From contig OZ024747.1 of NCBI GenBank assembly GCA_964016885.1, positions 32,364,001 through 32,428,000 of the forward strand: 64,000 nucleotides of DNA. The letters run 5' to 3'. A program made the position numbers and the translations under genes. Positions 15,001-30,000 of this stretch are shown one piece after another (the first letter of the stretch is position 1; the number at the start of each line of letters is the position of its first letter). The notes beneath the pieces are model-generated. The model was not told the origin of the DNA. It did not search any database and saw only the letters and a list, made by a program, of their open reading frames with translations. The DNA is from Eledone cirrhosa. Taxonomy: Eukaryota.

Positions 15001-18000
15001 TCAATAGAGAGACCATCCAGAAGGTGGGTGACAGGCAGATGAAATATAATGTCTCCGACTGGGACCAGTTGCCAGTGGTCAACAGAGAGACCGTCCAGAA
15101 GGTGGGTGACAGGCAGAAAATATAATGTCTCAGACAGGGAACAGTGGCCAGTGGTCAACAGAGAGACCATCAGGAAGGTGGGTGACAGGCAGATGAAATA
15201 TAATGTCTCAGACAGGGACCAGTAGCCAGTGGTCAACAGAGAGACCATCCAGAAGGTGGGTGAACGGCAGATGAAACATAATGTCTCAGACAGGGAACAG
15301 TGACCAGTGGTCAATAGAGAGACCATCCAGAAGGTGGGTGACAGGCAGATGAAATATCATGTCTCAGACAGGGACCAGTAGCCAGTGGTCAACAGAGAGA
15401 CCATCTAGAAGGTGGGTGACACGCAGATGAAATATAGTGTCTCAGACAGGGACCAGTAGCCAGAGGTTAACAGACAGACCATCCAGAAGGAGAGTGATAG
15501 GCAGATGAAATATAATGTCTCAGAGAGGGACCAATGGCAAGTGGTCAACAGAGAGACCATCCAGAAGGTGGGTGACAGGCAGATGAGATATGATGTCTCA
15601 GACAGGGACCAGTGGCCAGGGATCAACACAGAGACCATACAGAAGGTGGGTGACAGGCAGAGGAAATAGAACGTCTCAGACAGGGACCAATGGCCAGTGG
15701 TCAATAGACAGACCATCTAGAATGTGGCTGACAGGCAGATGAAATATAATGTCTCAGACAGGGAACAGTGGCCAGTGGTCAACGGAGAGACCATACAGAA
15801 GGACGGTGACAGGCAGATGAAATATAATGTCTCAGACAGGGACCAGTGGCCAGTGGTCAACAGAGAGACCATCCAGAAAGAGGGTGACAGGCAGAGGAAA
15901 GATAATGTCTCAGACAGGGACCAGTAGCCAGTGGTCAACAGACAGACCATCCAGAAGGTGGGTGACAGGCAGATGAAATATAATGTCTCAGACAAAGACC
16001 GGTGGCCATTGGTCAACAGAGAGACCATCCAGAAGGAGAGTGAAAGGCAGATGAAATATAATGTCTCAGACAGGGATCAGTGGCCAGTGGTCAACAGAGA
16101 GACCATCCAGAAGGTAGGTGACAGGCAGAGGCAATATAATGTCTCAGACAGGCACCAGTGGCCAGTGGTCAATAGAGAGACCATCCAGAACTGGGTGACA
16201 GGCAGATGAAATATAATGTCTCAGGGGACAAGGACCAGTGGCCAGTGGTCAACAGAGAGAAGATCCAGAAGGTGGGCGACAGGTAGATGAAATATAATGT
16301 CTCCGACTGGGACCAGTAGCCAGTGGTCAACAGAGAGACCGCCCAGAAGGTGGATGACAGGCAGATGAAATATAATGTCTCAGACAGGGAACAGTGGCCA
16401 GTGGTCAACAGAGAGAACATCAGGAAGGTGGGTGACAGGCAGATAAAATATAATGTCTCAGACAGGGACCAGTAGCCAGTGGTCAACAGAGAGACCATCC
16501 AGAAGGTGGGTGAACGGCAGATGAAACATAATGTCTCAGACAGGGAACAGTGACCAGTGGTCAATAAAGATACCATCCAGAAGGTGGGTGACGGGCAGAT
16601 GAAATATAATGTCTCAGACAGGGACCAGTAGCCAGTGGTCAACAGAGAGACCATCCAGAAGGTGGGTGAACGGCAGATGAAACATAATGTCTCAGACAGG
16701 GAACAGTGACCAGTGGTCAATAAAGATACCATCCAGAAGGTGGGTGACAGGCAGAGGAAATATAATGTCTCAGACAGCGACCAGTAGCCAGTGGTCAACA
16801 GACAGACCATCATGAAGGAGGGTGACAGGCAGATGAAATATCATGTCTCAGACAGGGACGAGTAGCCAGTGGTCAACAGAGAGACCATCCAGAAGGTGGG
16901 TGATCCGCAGATGAAATATAATGTCTCAGACAGGGACAGTGGCCAGTGGTCAACAGAGAGACCATCCAGAGAGAGGGTGACAGGCAGATGAAATATAATG
17001 TCTCAGACATGGACCAGTGGCCAGTGGTCAACAGAGAGAACATCCAGAACGTGGGTGACGGGCAGATGAAATATAATGTCTCAGGGGACAGGGACCAGCG
17101 GCCAGTGGTCAACAGAGAGACCATCCAGAAGGTGGGTGACAGGCAGATGAAATATAATGTCTCCGACTGGGACCAGTAGCCAGTGGTCAACAGAGAGACC
17201 GTCCAGAAGGTGGGTGACAGGCAGAAAATATAATGTCTCAGACAGGGAACAGTGGCCAGTGGTCAACAGAGAGACCATCAGGAAGGTGGGTGACAGGCAG
17301 ATGATATATAATGTCTCAGACAGGGACCAGTAGCCAGTGGTCAACAGAGAGACCATCCAGAAGGTGGGTGAACGGCAGATGAAACATAATGTCTCAGACA
17401 GGGAACAGTGACCAGTGGTCAGTAAAGATACCATCCAGAAGGTGGGTGACAGGCAGAGGAAATATAATGTCTCAGACAGCGACCAGTAGCCAGTGGTCAA
17501 CAGACAGAGCATCATGAAGGAGGGTGACAGGCAGATGAAATATCATGTCTCAGACAGGGACCAGTGGCCAGTGGTCAACAGAGAGACCATCCAGAAAGTA
17601 GGTGACAGGCAGAGGAAATATAATGTCTCAGACAGGGACCAGTAGCCAGTGGTCAATAGAAAGAACATCCAGAAGGTGGGTGACAGGCAGATGAAATATG
17701 TCTCAGACAGGGACCAGTAGCCAGTGGTCAACAGAGAGACCATCCAGAAGGTGGGTGACAGGCAGATGAAATATAATGTCTCAGACAGGGACCAGTAGCC
17801 AGTGGTCAATAGAAAGACCATCCAGTAGGTGGGTGACAGGCAGATGAAATATAATGTCTCAGACAGGGACCAGTAGCCAGTGGTCAACAGAGAGACCATC
17901 CAGAAGGTGGGTGACAGGCAGATGAAAAATCATGTCTCAGTCAGGGACCAGTAACCAGTGGTTAATAGAGATACCATCCAGAAGGTGGGTGACATGCAGA

Positions 18001-21000
18001 TGAAATATAATGTCTCAGACAGGGACCAGTAGCCAGTGGTCAACAGAGAGACCATCAAGAAGGAGAGTGACAGGCGATAAAATATAATGTCTCAGACAGG
18101 GACCAGTGGCCAGTGGTCAACAGAGAGGCCATCCAGAAAGAGGGTGACAGGCAGATGAAATATAATGTCTCAGACATGGACCAGTGGCCAGTGGTCAACA
18201 GAGAGACCATCCAGAACGTGGGTGACGGGCAGATAAAATATAATGTCTCAGTGGACAGGGACCAGAGGCCAGTGGTCAACAGAGAGACCATCCAGAAGGT
18301 GGGTGACAGGCAGATGAAATATAATGTCTCAGACAGAGACCAGTGGCTAGTGGTCAACAGAGAGACCATCCAAAAGGTGGGTGACAGGCAGATGAAATAT
18401 AATGTCTCAGACAAGGACCAGTGGCCAGTGGTCAATAGAGAGACCATCCAGAAGGTGGTTGACAGGCAGATGAAATATAATGTCTCCGACTGGGACCAGT
18501 TGCCAGTGGTCAACAGAGAGACCGTCCAGAAGGTGGGTGACAGGCAGAAAATATAATGTCTCAGACAGGGAACAGTGGCCAGTGGTCAACAGAGAGACCA
18601 TCAGGAAGGTGGGTGACAGGCAGATGAAATATAATGTCTCAGACAGGGACCAGTAGCCAGTGGTCAACAGAGTGACCATCCAGAATGTGGGTGACAGGCA
18701 GAGGAAATATAATGTCTCAGAGAGGGACTAGTAGCCAGTGGTCAATAGAAAGAACATCCAGAAGGTGGGTGACAGGCAGATGAAATATAATGTCTCAGAC
18801 AGGGACCAGTAGCCAGTGGTCAACAGAGAGACCATCCAGAAGGTGGGTGACACGCAGATGAAATATAGTGTCTCAGACAGGGACCAGTAGCCAGAGGTTA
18901 ACAGACAGACCATCCAGAAGGAGAGTGACAGGCAGATGAAATATAATGTCTCAGAGAGGGACCAGTGGCCAGTGGCCAACAGAGAGACCATCCAGAAGGT
19001 GGGTGACAGGCAGATGAGATATGATGTCTCAGACAGGGACCAGTGGCCAGGGATCAACACAGAGACCATACAGAAGGTGGGTGACAGGCAGAGGAAATAG
19101 AACGTCTCAGACAAGGACCAATGGCCAGTGGTCAATAGACAGACCATCTAGAAGGTGGGTGACAGGCAGATGAAATATAATGTCTCAGACAGGGACCAGT
19201 GGCCAGTGGTCAACGGAGAGACCATACAGAAGGACGGTGACTGGCAGATGAAATATAATGTCTCAGACAGGGACCAGTGGCCAGTGGTCAACAGAGAGAC
19301 CATCCAGAAAGAGGTTGACAGGCAGAGGAAAGATAATGTCTCAGACAAGGACCAGTAGCCAGTGGTCAACAGACAGACCATCCAGAAGGTGGGTGACAGG
19401 CAGATGAAATATAATGTCTCAGACATGGACCAGTGGATAGTGGTCAACAGAGAGACCATCCAAAAGGTGGGTGACAGTCAGATGAAATATAATGTCTCAG
19501 ACAAGGACCGGTGGCCAGTGGTCAACAGAGAGACCATCCAGAAGGAGAGTGACAGGCAGATGAAATATAATGTCTCAGACAGGGATCAGTGGCCAGTGGT
19601 CAAGAGAGAGACCATCCAGAAGGTAGGTGCCAGGCAGAGGCAATATAATGTCTCAGACAGGCACCAGTGGCCAGTGGTCAATAGAGAGACCATCCAGAAG
19701 GTGGGTGACAGGCAGATGAAATATAATGTCTCAGGGGACAAGGACCAGTGGCCAGTGGTCAACAGAGAGAAGATCCAGAAGGTGGGCGACAGGTAGATGA
19801 AATATAATGTCTCCGACTGGGACCAGTAGCCAGTGGTCAACAGAGAGACCGCCCAGAAGGTGGATGACAGGCAGATGAAATATAATGTCTCAGACAGGGA
19901 ACAGTGGCCAGTGGTCAACAGAGAGAACATCAGGAAGGTGGGTGACAGGCAGATAAAATATAATGTCTCAGACAGGGACCAGTAGCCAGTGGTCAACAGA
20001 GAGACCATCCAGAAGATGGGTGAACGGCAGATGAAACATAATGTCTCAGACAGGGAACAGTGACCAGTGGTCAATAAAGATACCATCCAGAAGGTGGGTG
20101 ACGGGCAGATGAAATATAATGTCTCAGACAGGGACCAGTAGCCAGTGGTCAACAGAGAGACCATCATGAAGGAGGGTGACAGGCAGATGAAATATCATGT
20201 CTCAGACAGGGACGAGTAGCCAGTGGTCAACAGAGAGACCATCCAGAAGGTGGGTGACACGCAGATGAAATATAATGTCTCAGACAGGGACAGTGGCCAG
20301 TGGTCAACAGAGAGACCATCCAGAGAGAGGCTGACAGGCAGATGAAATATAATGTCTCAGACAGGGAACAGTGGCCAGTGGTCAACAGAGAGAACATCAG
20401 GAAGGTGGGTGACAGGCAGATAAAATATAATGTCTCAGACAGGGACCAGTAGCCAGTGGTCAACAGAGAGACCATCCAGAAGGTGGGTGAACGGCAGATG
20501 AAACATAATGTCTCAGACAGGGAACAGTGGCCAGTGGTCAACAGAGAGACCATCCAGAAGGTGGGTGACAGGCAGATGAAATATAATGTCTCAGACAGAG
20601 ACCAGTGGCTAGTGGTCAACAGAGAGACCATCCAAAAGGTGGGTGACAGGCAGATGAAATATAATGTCTCAGACAAAGACCAGTGGCCAGTGGTCAATAG
20701 AGAGACCATCCAGAAGGTGGGTGACAGGCAGATGAAATATAATGTCTCCGACTGGGACCAGTTGCCAGTGGTCAACAGAGAGACCGTCCAGAAGGTGCGT
20801 GACAGGCAGAAAATATAATGTCTCAGACAGGGAACAGTGGCCAGTGGTCAACAGAGAGACCATCAGGAAGGTGGGTGACAGGCAGATGAAATATAATGTC
20901 TCAGACAGGGACCAGTAGCCAGTGGTCAACAGAGAGACCATCCAGAAGGTGGGTGAACGGCAGATGAAACATAATGTCTCAGACAGGGAACAGTGACCAG

Positions 21001-24000
21001 TGGTCAATAGAGAGACCATCCAGAAGGTGGGTGACAGGCAGATGAAATATCATGTCTCAGACAGGGACCAGTGGCCAGTGGTCAACAGAGAGACCATCCA
21101 GAATGTGGGTGACAGGCAGAGGAAATATAATGTCTCAGAGAGGGACTAGTAGCCAGTGGTCAATAGAAAGAACATCCAGAAGGTGGGTGACAGGCAGATG
21201 AAATATATTGTCTCAGACAGGGACCAGTAGCCAGTGGTCAACAGAGAGACCATCCAGAAGGTGGGTGACTGGCAGATGAAATATAATGTCTCAGACAGGG
21301 ACCAGTAGCCAGTGGTCAATAGAAAGACCATCCAGTAGGTGGGTGACAGGCAGATGAAATATAATGTCTCAGACAGGGACCAGTAGCCAGTGGTCAACAG
21401 AGAGACCATCCAGAAGGTGGGTGACACGCAGATGAAATATAGTGTCTCAGACAGGGACCAGTAGCCAGAGGTTAACAGACAGACCATCCAGAAGGAGAGT
21501 GACAGGCAGATGAAATATAATGTCTCAGAGAGGGACCAGTGGCCAGTGGCCAACAGAGAGACCATCCAGAAGGTGCGTGACAGGCAGATGAAATATAATG
21601 TCTCAGAAAGGGACCAATGGCAAGTGGTCAACAGAGAGACCATCCAGAAGGTGGGTGACAGGCAGATGAGATATGATGTCTCAGACAGGGACCAGTGGCC
21701 AGGGATCAACACAGAGACCATACAGAAGGTGGGTGACAGGCAGAGGAAATAGAACGTCTCAGACAGGGACCAATGGCCAGTGGTCAATAGACAGACCATC
21801 TAGAAGGTGGCTGACAGGCAGATGAAATATAATGTCTCAGACAGGGACCAGTGGCCAGTGGTCAACGGAGCGACCATACAGAAGGACGGTGACAGGCAGA
21901 TGAAATATAATGTCTCAGACAGGGACCAGTAGCCAGTGGTCAACAGACAGACCATCCAGAAAGAGGGTGACAGGCAGAGGAAAGATAATGTCTCAGACAG
22001 GGACCAGTAGCCAGTGGTCAACAGACAGACCATCCAGAAGGTGGGTGACAGGCAGATGAAATATAATGTCTCAGACATGGACCAGTGTATAGTGGTCAAC
22101 AGAGAGACCATCCAAAAGGTGGGTGACAGTCAGATGAAATATAATGTCTCAGACAAGGACCGGTGGCCAGTGGTCAACAGAGAGACCATCCAGAAGGAGA
22201 GTGACAGGCAGATGAAATATAATGTCTCAGACAGGGATCAGTGGCCAGTGGTCAACAGAGAGACCATCCAGAAGGTAGGTGACAGGCAGAGGCAATATAA
22301 TGTCTCAGACAGGCACCAGTGGCCAGTGGTCAATAGAGAGACCATCCAGAAGGTGGGCGACAGGTAGATGAAATATAATGTCTCCGACTGGGACCAGTAG
22401 CCAGTGGTCAACAGAGAGACCGCCCAGAAGGTGGATGACAGGCAGATGAAATATAATGTCTCAGACAGGGAACAGTGGCCAGTGGTCAACAGAGAGAACA
22501 TCAGGAAGGTGGGTGACAGGCAGATAAAATATAATGTCTCAGACAGGGACCAGTAGCCAGTGGTCAACAAAGAGACCATCCAGAAGGTGGGTGAACGGCA
22601 GATGAAACATAATGTCTCAGACAGAGAACAGTGACCAGTGGTCAATAAAGATACCATCCAGAAGGTGGGTGACGGGCAGATGAAATATAATGTCTCAGAC
22701 AGGGACCAGTAGCCAGTGGTCAACAGAGAGACCATCCAGAAGGTGGGTGAACGGCAGATGAAACATGTCTCAGACAGGGAACAGTGACCAGTGTTCAATA
22801 AAGATACCACCCAGAAGGTGGGTGACAGGCAGAGGAAATATAATGTCTCAGACAGCGACCAGTAGCCAGTGGTCAACAGACAGACCATCATGAAGGAGGG
22901 TGACAGGCAGATGAAATATCATGTCTCAGACAGGGACGAGTAGCCAGTGGTCAACAGAGAGACCATCCAGAAGGTGGGTGACACGCAGATGAAATATGTC
23001 TCAGACAGGGACAGTGGCCAGTGGTCAACAGAGAGACCATCCAGAGAGAGGGTGACAGGCAGATGAAATATAATGTCTCAGACATGGACCAGTGGCCAGT
23101 GGTCAACAGAGAGAACATCCAGAACGTGGGTGACGGGCAGATGAAATATAATGTCTCAGGGGACAGGGACCAGTGGCCAGTGGTCAACAGAGAGACCATC
23201 CAGAAGGTAAGTGACAGGCAGATGAAATATAATGTCTCCGACTGGGACCAGTAGCCAGTGGTCAACAGAGAGACCGTCCAGAAGGTGGGTGACAGGCAGA
23301 AAATATAATGTCTCAGACAGGGAACAGTGGCCAGTGGTCAACAGAGAGACCATCAGCAAGGTGGGTGACAGGCAGATGAAATATAATGTCTCAGACAGGG
23401 ACCAGTAGCCAGTGGTCAACAGAGAGACCATCCAGAAGGTGGGTGAACGGCAGATGAAACATAATGTCTCAGACAGGGAACAGTGACCAGTGGTCAACAG
23501 AGAGACCATCCAGAAGGTGGGTGACAGGCAGAGGAAATATAATGTCTCAGACAGCGACCAGTAGCCAGTGGTCAACAGACAGACCATCATGAAGGAGGGT
23601 GACAGGCAGATGAAATATCATGTCTCAGACAGGGACCAGTGGCCAGTGGTCAACAGAGAGACCCTCCAGAAGGTGGGTGACAGGCAGAGGAAATATAATG
23701 TCTCAGACAGGGACCAGTAGCCAGTGGTCAATAGAAAGAACATCCAGAAGGTGGGTGACAGGCAGATGAAATATGTCTCAGACAGGGACCAGTAGCCAGT
23801 GGTCAACAGAGAGACCATCCAGAAGGTGGGTGACAGGCAGATGAAATATAATGTCTCAGACAGGGACCAGTAGCCAGTGGTCAATAGAAAGACCATCCAG
23901 TAGGTGGGTGACAGGCAGATGAAATATAATGTCTCAGACAGGGACCAGTAGCCAGTGGTCAACAGAGAGACCATCCAGAAGGTGGGTGACACGCAGATGA

Positions 24001-27000
24001 AATATAATGTCTCAGACAGGGACCAGTAGCCAGAGGTCAACAGACAGACCATCCAGAAGGAGAGTGACAGGCAGATGAAATATAATGTCTCAGACAGGGA
24101 CCAGTGGCCAGTGGTCAATAGAGAGACCATACAGAAGGTGGGTGACTGACAGAGGAAATATAATGTCTCAGACAGCGACCAGTAGCCAGTGGTCAACAGA
24201 CCGACCATCCAGAAGGAGGGTGACAGGCAGATGAAAAATCATGTCTCAGACAGGGACCAGTAACCAGTGGTTAATAGAGATACCATCCAGAAGGTGGGTG
24301 ACAGGCAGATGAAATATCATGTCTCAGACAGGGACCAGTGGCCAGTGGTCAACAGAGAGAACATCCAGAAGGTGGGTGACAGGCAGAGGAAATATAATGT
24401 CTCAGAGAGGGACCAGTAGCCAGTGGTCAATAGAAAGAACATCCAGAAGGTGGGTGACAGGCAGATGAAATATAATGTCTTAGACAGGGACCAGTAGCCA
24501 GTGGTCAACAGAGAGACCATCCAGAAGGTGGGTGACAGGCAGATGAAATATAATGTCTCAGACAGGGACCAGTAGCCAGTGGTCAATAGAAAGACCATCC
24601 AGTAGGTGGGTGACAGGCAGATGAAATATAATGTCTCAGACAGGGACCAGTAGCCAGTGGTCAACAGAGAGACCATCCAGAAGGTGGGTGACACGCAGAT
24701 GAAATATAGTGTCTCAGACAGGGACCAGTAGCCAGTGGTCAACAGAGAGACCATCCAGAAGGTGGGTGACAGGCAGATGAAATATAATGTCTCAGAGAGG
24801 GACCAGTGGCCAGTGGCCAACAGAGAGACCATCCAGATGGTGGGTGACAGGAAGAGGAAATAGAACGTCTCAGAAAGGGACCAATGGCAAGTGGTCAACA
24901 GAGAGACCATCCAGAAGGTGGGTGACAGGCAGATGAGATATGATGTCTCAGACAGGGACCAGTGGCCAGTGATCAACACAGAGACCATACAGAAGGTGGG
25001 TGACAGGAAGAGGAAATAGAACGTCTCAGACAGGGACCAATGGCCAGTGGTCAATAGACAGACCATCTAGAAGGTGGCTGACAGGCAGATGAAATATAAT
25101 GTCTCAGACAGGGACCAGTGGCCAGTGGTCAACAGAGAGACCATACAGAAGGACGGTGACAGGCAGATGAAATATGTCTCAGACAGGGACCAGTGGCCAG
25201 TGGTCAACAGAGAGACTATCCAGAAAGAGGGTGACAGGCAGATAAAAGATAATGTCTCAGACAGGGACCAGTAGCCAGTGGTCAACAGACAGACCATCCA
25301 GAAGGTGGCTGACAGGCAGATGAAATATAATGTCTCAGACAGGCACCAGTGGCCAGTAGTCAATAGAGAGACCATCCAGAAGGTGGGTGACAGGCAGATG
25401 AAATATAATGTCTCAGGGGACAAGGACCAGTGGCCAGTGGTCAACAGAGAGAACATCCAGAAGGTGGGCGACAGGTAGATGAAATATAATGTCTCCGACT
25501 GGGACCAGTAGCCAGTGGTCAACAGAAAGACCGCCCAGAAGGTGGGTGACAGGCAGATGAAATATAATGTCTCAGACAGGGAACAGTGGCCAGTGGTCAA
25601 CAGAGAGAACATCAGGAAGGTGGGTGACAGGCAGATAAAATATAATGTCTCAGACAGGGACCAGTAGCCAGTTGTCAACAGAGAGACCATCCAGAAGGTG
25701 GGTGAACGGCAGATGAAACAATGTCTCAGACAGGGAACAGTGACCAGTGGTCAATAAAGATACCATCCAGAAGGTGGGTGACAGGCAGAGGAAATATAAT
25801 GTCTCAGATAGCGACCAGTAGCCAGTGGTCAACAGACAGACCATCATGAAGGAGGGTGACAGGCAGATGAAATATCATGTCTCAGACAGGGACGAGTAGC
25901 CAGTGGTCAACAGAGAGACCATCCAGAAGGTGGGTGACACGCAGATGAAATATAATGTCTCAGATAGGGACAGTGGCCAGTGGTCAACAGAGAGACCATC
26001 CAGAAAGAGGGTGACAGGCATATGAAATATAATGTCTCAGACATGGACCAGTGGCCAGTGGTCAACAGAGAGAACATCCAAAACGTGGGTGACGGGCAGA
26101 TGAAATATATTGTCTCAGGGGACAAGGACCAGTGGCCAGTGGTCAACAGAGAGACCATCCAGAAGGTGGGTGACAGGCAGATGAAATATAATGTCTCAGA
26201 CAGGGACCAGTAGCCAGTGGTCAACAGAGAGACCATCCAGAAGGTGGGTGAACGGCAGATGAAACATAATGTCTCAGACAGGGAACAGTGACCAGTGGTC
26301 AATAAAGATACCATCCAGAAGGTGGGTAACAGGCAGAGGAAATATAATGTCTCAGACAGCGACCAGTAGCCAGTGGTCAACAGACAGACCATCATCAAGG
26401 AGGGTGACAGGCAGATGAAATATCATGTCTCAGACAGGGACCAGTGGCCAGTGGTCAACAGAGAGACCATCCAGAAGGTGGGTGACAGGCAGAGGAAATA
26501 TAATGTCTCAGAGAGGGACCAGTAGCCAGTGGTCAACAGAGAGACCATCCAGAAGGTGGGTGACAGGCAGATGAAATATAATGTCTCAGACAGGGACCAG
26601 TAGCCAGTGGTCAATAGAAAGACCATCCAGTAGGTGGGTGACAGGCAGATGAAATATAATGTCTCAGACAGGGACCAGTAGCCAGTGGTCAACAGAGAGA
26701 CCATCCAGAAGGTGGGTGACACGCAGATGAAATATAATGTCTCAGACAGGGACCAGTAGCCAGTGGTCAATAGAAAGACCATCCAATAGGTGGGTGACAG
26801 GCAGATGAAATATAATGTCTCAGACAGGGACCAGTAGCCAGTGGTCAACAGAGAGACCATCCAGAAGGTGGGTGACACGCAGATGAAATATAATGTCTCA
26901 GACAGGGACCAGTAGCCAGTGGTCAACAGAGAGACCATCCAGAAGGTGGGTGACACGCAGGTGAAATATAATGTCTCAGGGGACAAGGACCAGTGGCCAG

Positions 27001-30000
27001 TGGTCAACAGAGAGACCATCCAGAAGGTGGGTGACAGGCAGATGAAATATAATGTCTCAGACAGGGACCGGTAGCCAGTGGTCAATAGAAAGAACATCCA
27101 GAAGGTGGGTGACAGGCAGATGAAATATGTCTCAGACAGGGACCAGTAGCCAGTGGTCAACAGAGAGACCATCCAGAAGGTGGGTGACAGGCAGATGAAA
27201 TATAATGTCTCAGACAGGGACCGGTAGCCAGTGGTCAATAGAAAGACCATCCAGTAGGTGGGTGACAGGCAGATGAAATATAATGTCTCAGACAGGGACC
27301 AGTAGCCAGTGGTCAACAGAGAGACCATCCAGAAGGTGGGTGACAGTCAGATGAAATATAATGTCTCAGACAGGGACCAGTAGCCAGTGGTCAATACAAA
27401 GACCATCCAATAGGTGGGTGACAGGCAGATGAAATATAATGTCTCAGACAGGGACCAGTAGCCAGTGGTCAACAGAGAGACCATCCAAAAGGTGGGTGAC
27501 ACGCAGATGAAATATAATGTCTCAGACAGGGACCAGTAGCCAGTGGTCAACAGAGAGACCATCCAGAAGGTGGGTGACACGCAGATGAAATATAATGTCT
27601 CAGGGGACAAGGACAAGTGGCCAGTGGTCAACAGAGAGACCATCCAGAAGGTGGGTGACAGGCAGATGAAATATAATGTCTCAGACAGGGACCAGTAGCC
27701 AGTGGTCAATAGAAAGACCATCCAGTAGGTGGGTGACAGGCAGATGAAATATAATGTCTCAGACAGGGACCAGTAGCCAGTGGTCAACAGAGAGACCATC
27801 CAGAAGGTGGGTGACACGCAGATGAAATATAATGTCTCAGACAGGGACCAGTAGACAGAGGTCAACAGACAGACCATCCAGAAGGAGAGTGACAGGCAGA
27901 TGAAATATAATGTCTCAGACAGGGACCAGTGGCCAGTGGTCAATAGAGAGACCATACAGAAGGTGGGTGACTGGCAGAGGAAATATAATGTCTCAGACAG
28001 CGACCAGTAGCCAGTGGTCAACAGACAGACCATCCAGAAGGAGGGTGACAGGCAGATGAAAAATCATGTCTCAGACAGGGACCAGTAGCCAGTGGTCAAC
28101 AGAGAGACCATCCAGAAGGTGGGTGACACGCAGATGAAATATAATGTCTCAGACAGGGACCAGTAGCCAGAGGTCAACAGACAGACCATCCAGAAGGAGA
28201 GTGACATGCAGATGAAATATAATGTCTCAGAGAGGGACCAGTCGCCAGTGGCCAACAGAGAGACCATCCAGAAGGTGCGTGACAGGCAGATGAAATATAA
28301 TGTCTCAGAAAGGGACCAACGGCAAGTGGTCAACAGAGAGACCATCCAGAAGGTGGGTGACAGGCAGATGAGATATGATGTCTCAGACAGGGACCAGTGG
28401 CCAGTGGTCAACAGAGAGACCATACAGAAGGTGGGTGACAGGCAGAGGAAATAGAACGTCTCAGACAGGGACCAATGGCCAGTGGTCAATAGACAGACCA
28501 TCTAGAAGGTGGCTGACAGGCAGATGAAATATAATGTCTCAGACAGGGACCAGTGGCCAGTGGTCAACAGAGAGACCATCCAGAACGTGGGTGACGGGCA
28601 GATGAAATATAATGTCTAAGGGGACAGGGACCAGTGGCCAGTGGTCAACAGAGAGACCATCCAGAAGGTGGGTGACAGGCAGATGAAATATAATGTCTCC
28701 GACTGGGACCAGTTGCCAGTGGTCAACAGAGAGACCGTCCAGAAGGTGGGTGACAGGCAGATGAAATATAATGTCTCAGACAAAAACCAGTGGCCAGTGG
28801 TCAATAGAGAGACCATCCAGAAGGTGGGTGACAGGCAGATGAAATATAATGTCTCAGACAGCGACCAGTTGCCACTGGTCAACAGAGAGACCATCCAGAA
28901 GGAGGGTGACAGGCAGAGGAAATATAATGTCTCAGACAGGGACCATTGGCCAGTGGTCAGCAGACAGACCATCCAGAATGTGGGTGACAGGCAGATGAAA
29001 TATAATGTCTCAGACAGGGACCAGTGGCCAGTGGTCAATAGAGAGACCATCAAGAATGAGAGTGACAGGCTGATGAAATATAATGTCTCAGACAGGGACC
29101 AGTGGCCAGTGGTCAACAGAGAGACCATCCAGAAGGTGGGTGTCAGGCAGATGAAATATAATGTCTCAGACAGGGACCAGTAGCCAGTGGTCAATAGAGA
29201 GACCATCCAGAAGGTGGGTGACAGGCAGATGAAATATAATGTCTCAGACAGCAACCAGTGGCCACTGGTCAACAGAGAGACCATCTAGAAGGTGGGTGAC
29301 AGGCAGATGAAATATAATGTCTCAGACAGGGACCAGTGGCCAGTGATCAACAGAGAGACCATCCAGAAGGTGGGTGACAGGTAGATGAAATATAATGTCT
29401 CAGACAGGGACCAGTGGCCAGTGGTCAATAGAGAGACCATCCAGAAGGTGGGTGACAGACAGAAGAAATATAACGTCTCAGACAGGGACCAGTGGCCAGT
29501 GGTCAATAGAGAGACCATCCGGAATGAGAGTGACAGTCAGAGGAAATAAAATGTTTCAGACAGGGACCAGTAGCCAGTGATCAATAGAGAGACCACCCAG
29601 AAGGTGGGTGACAGGCAGATGAAATATAATGTCTCAGACAGGGACCAGTGGCCATTGGTCAATAGAGAGACCATCCCGAAGGTGGGTGACCGGCAGATGA
29701 AATATAATGTCTCAGACAGTTGCCAGTGGTCAACAGATAGACCATCCAGAAGGTGGGTGACAGGCAGATGAAATATAATGTCTCAGACAGGGACAAGTGG
29801 CCAGTAGTCAACAGACAGACCACCCAGAAGGTGGGTGACAGGCAGATGAAATATAATGTCTCAGACAGGGACCAGTGGCCATTGGTCAATAGAGAGACCA
29901 TCCAGAAGGTGGGTGACAGGCAGATGAAATATAATGTCTCAGACAGTTGCCAGTGGTCAACAGATAGACCATCCAGAAGGTGGGTGACAGGAAGATGAAA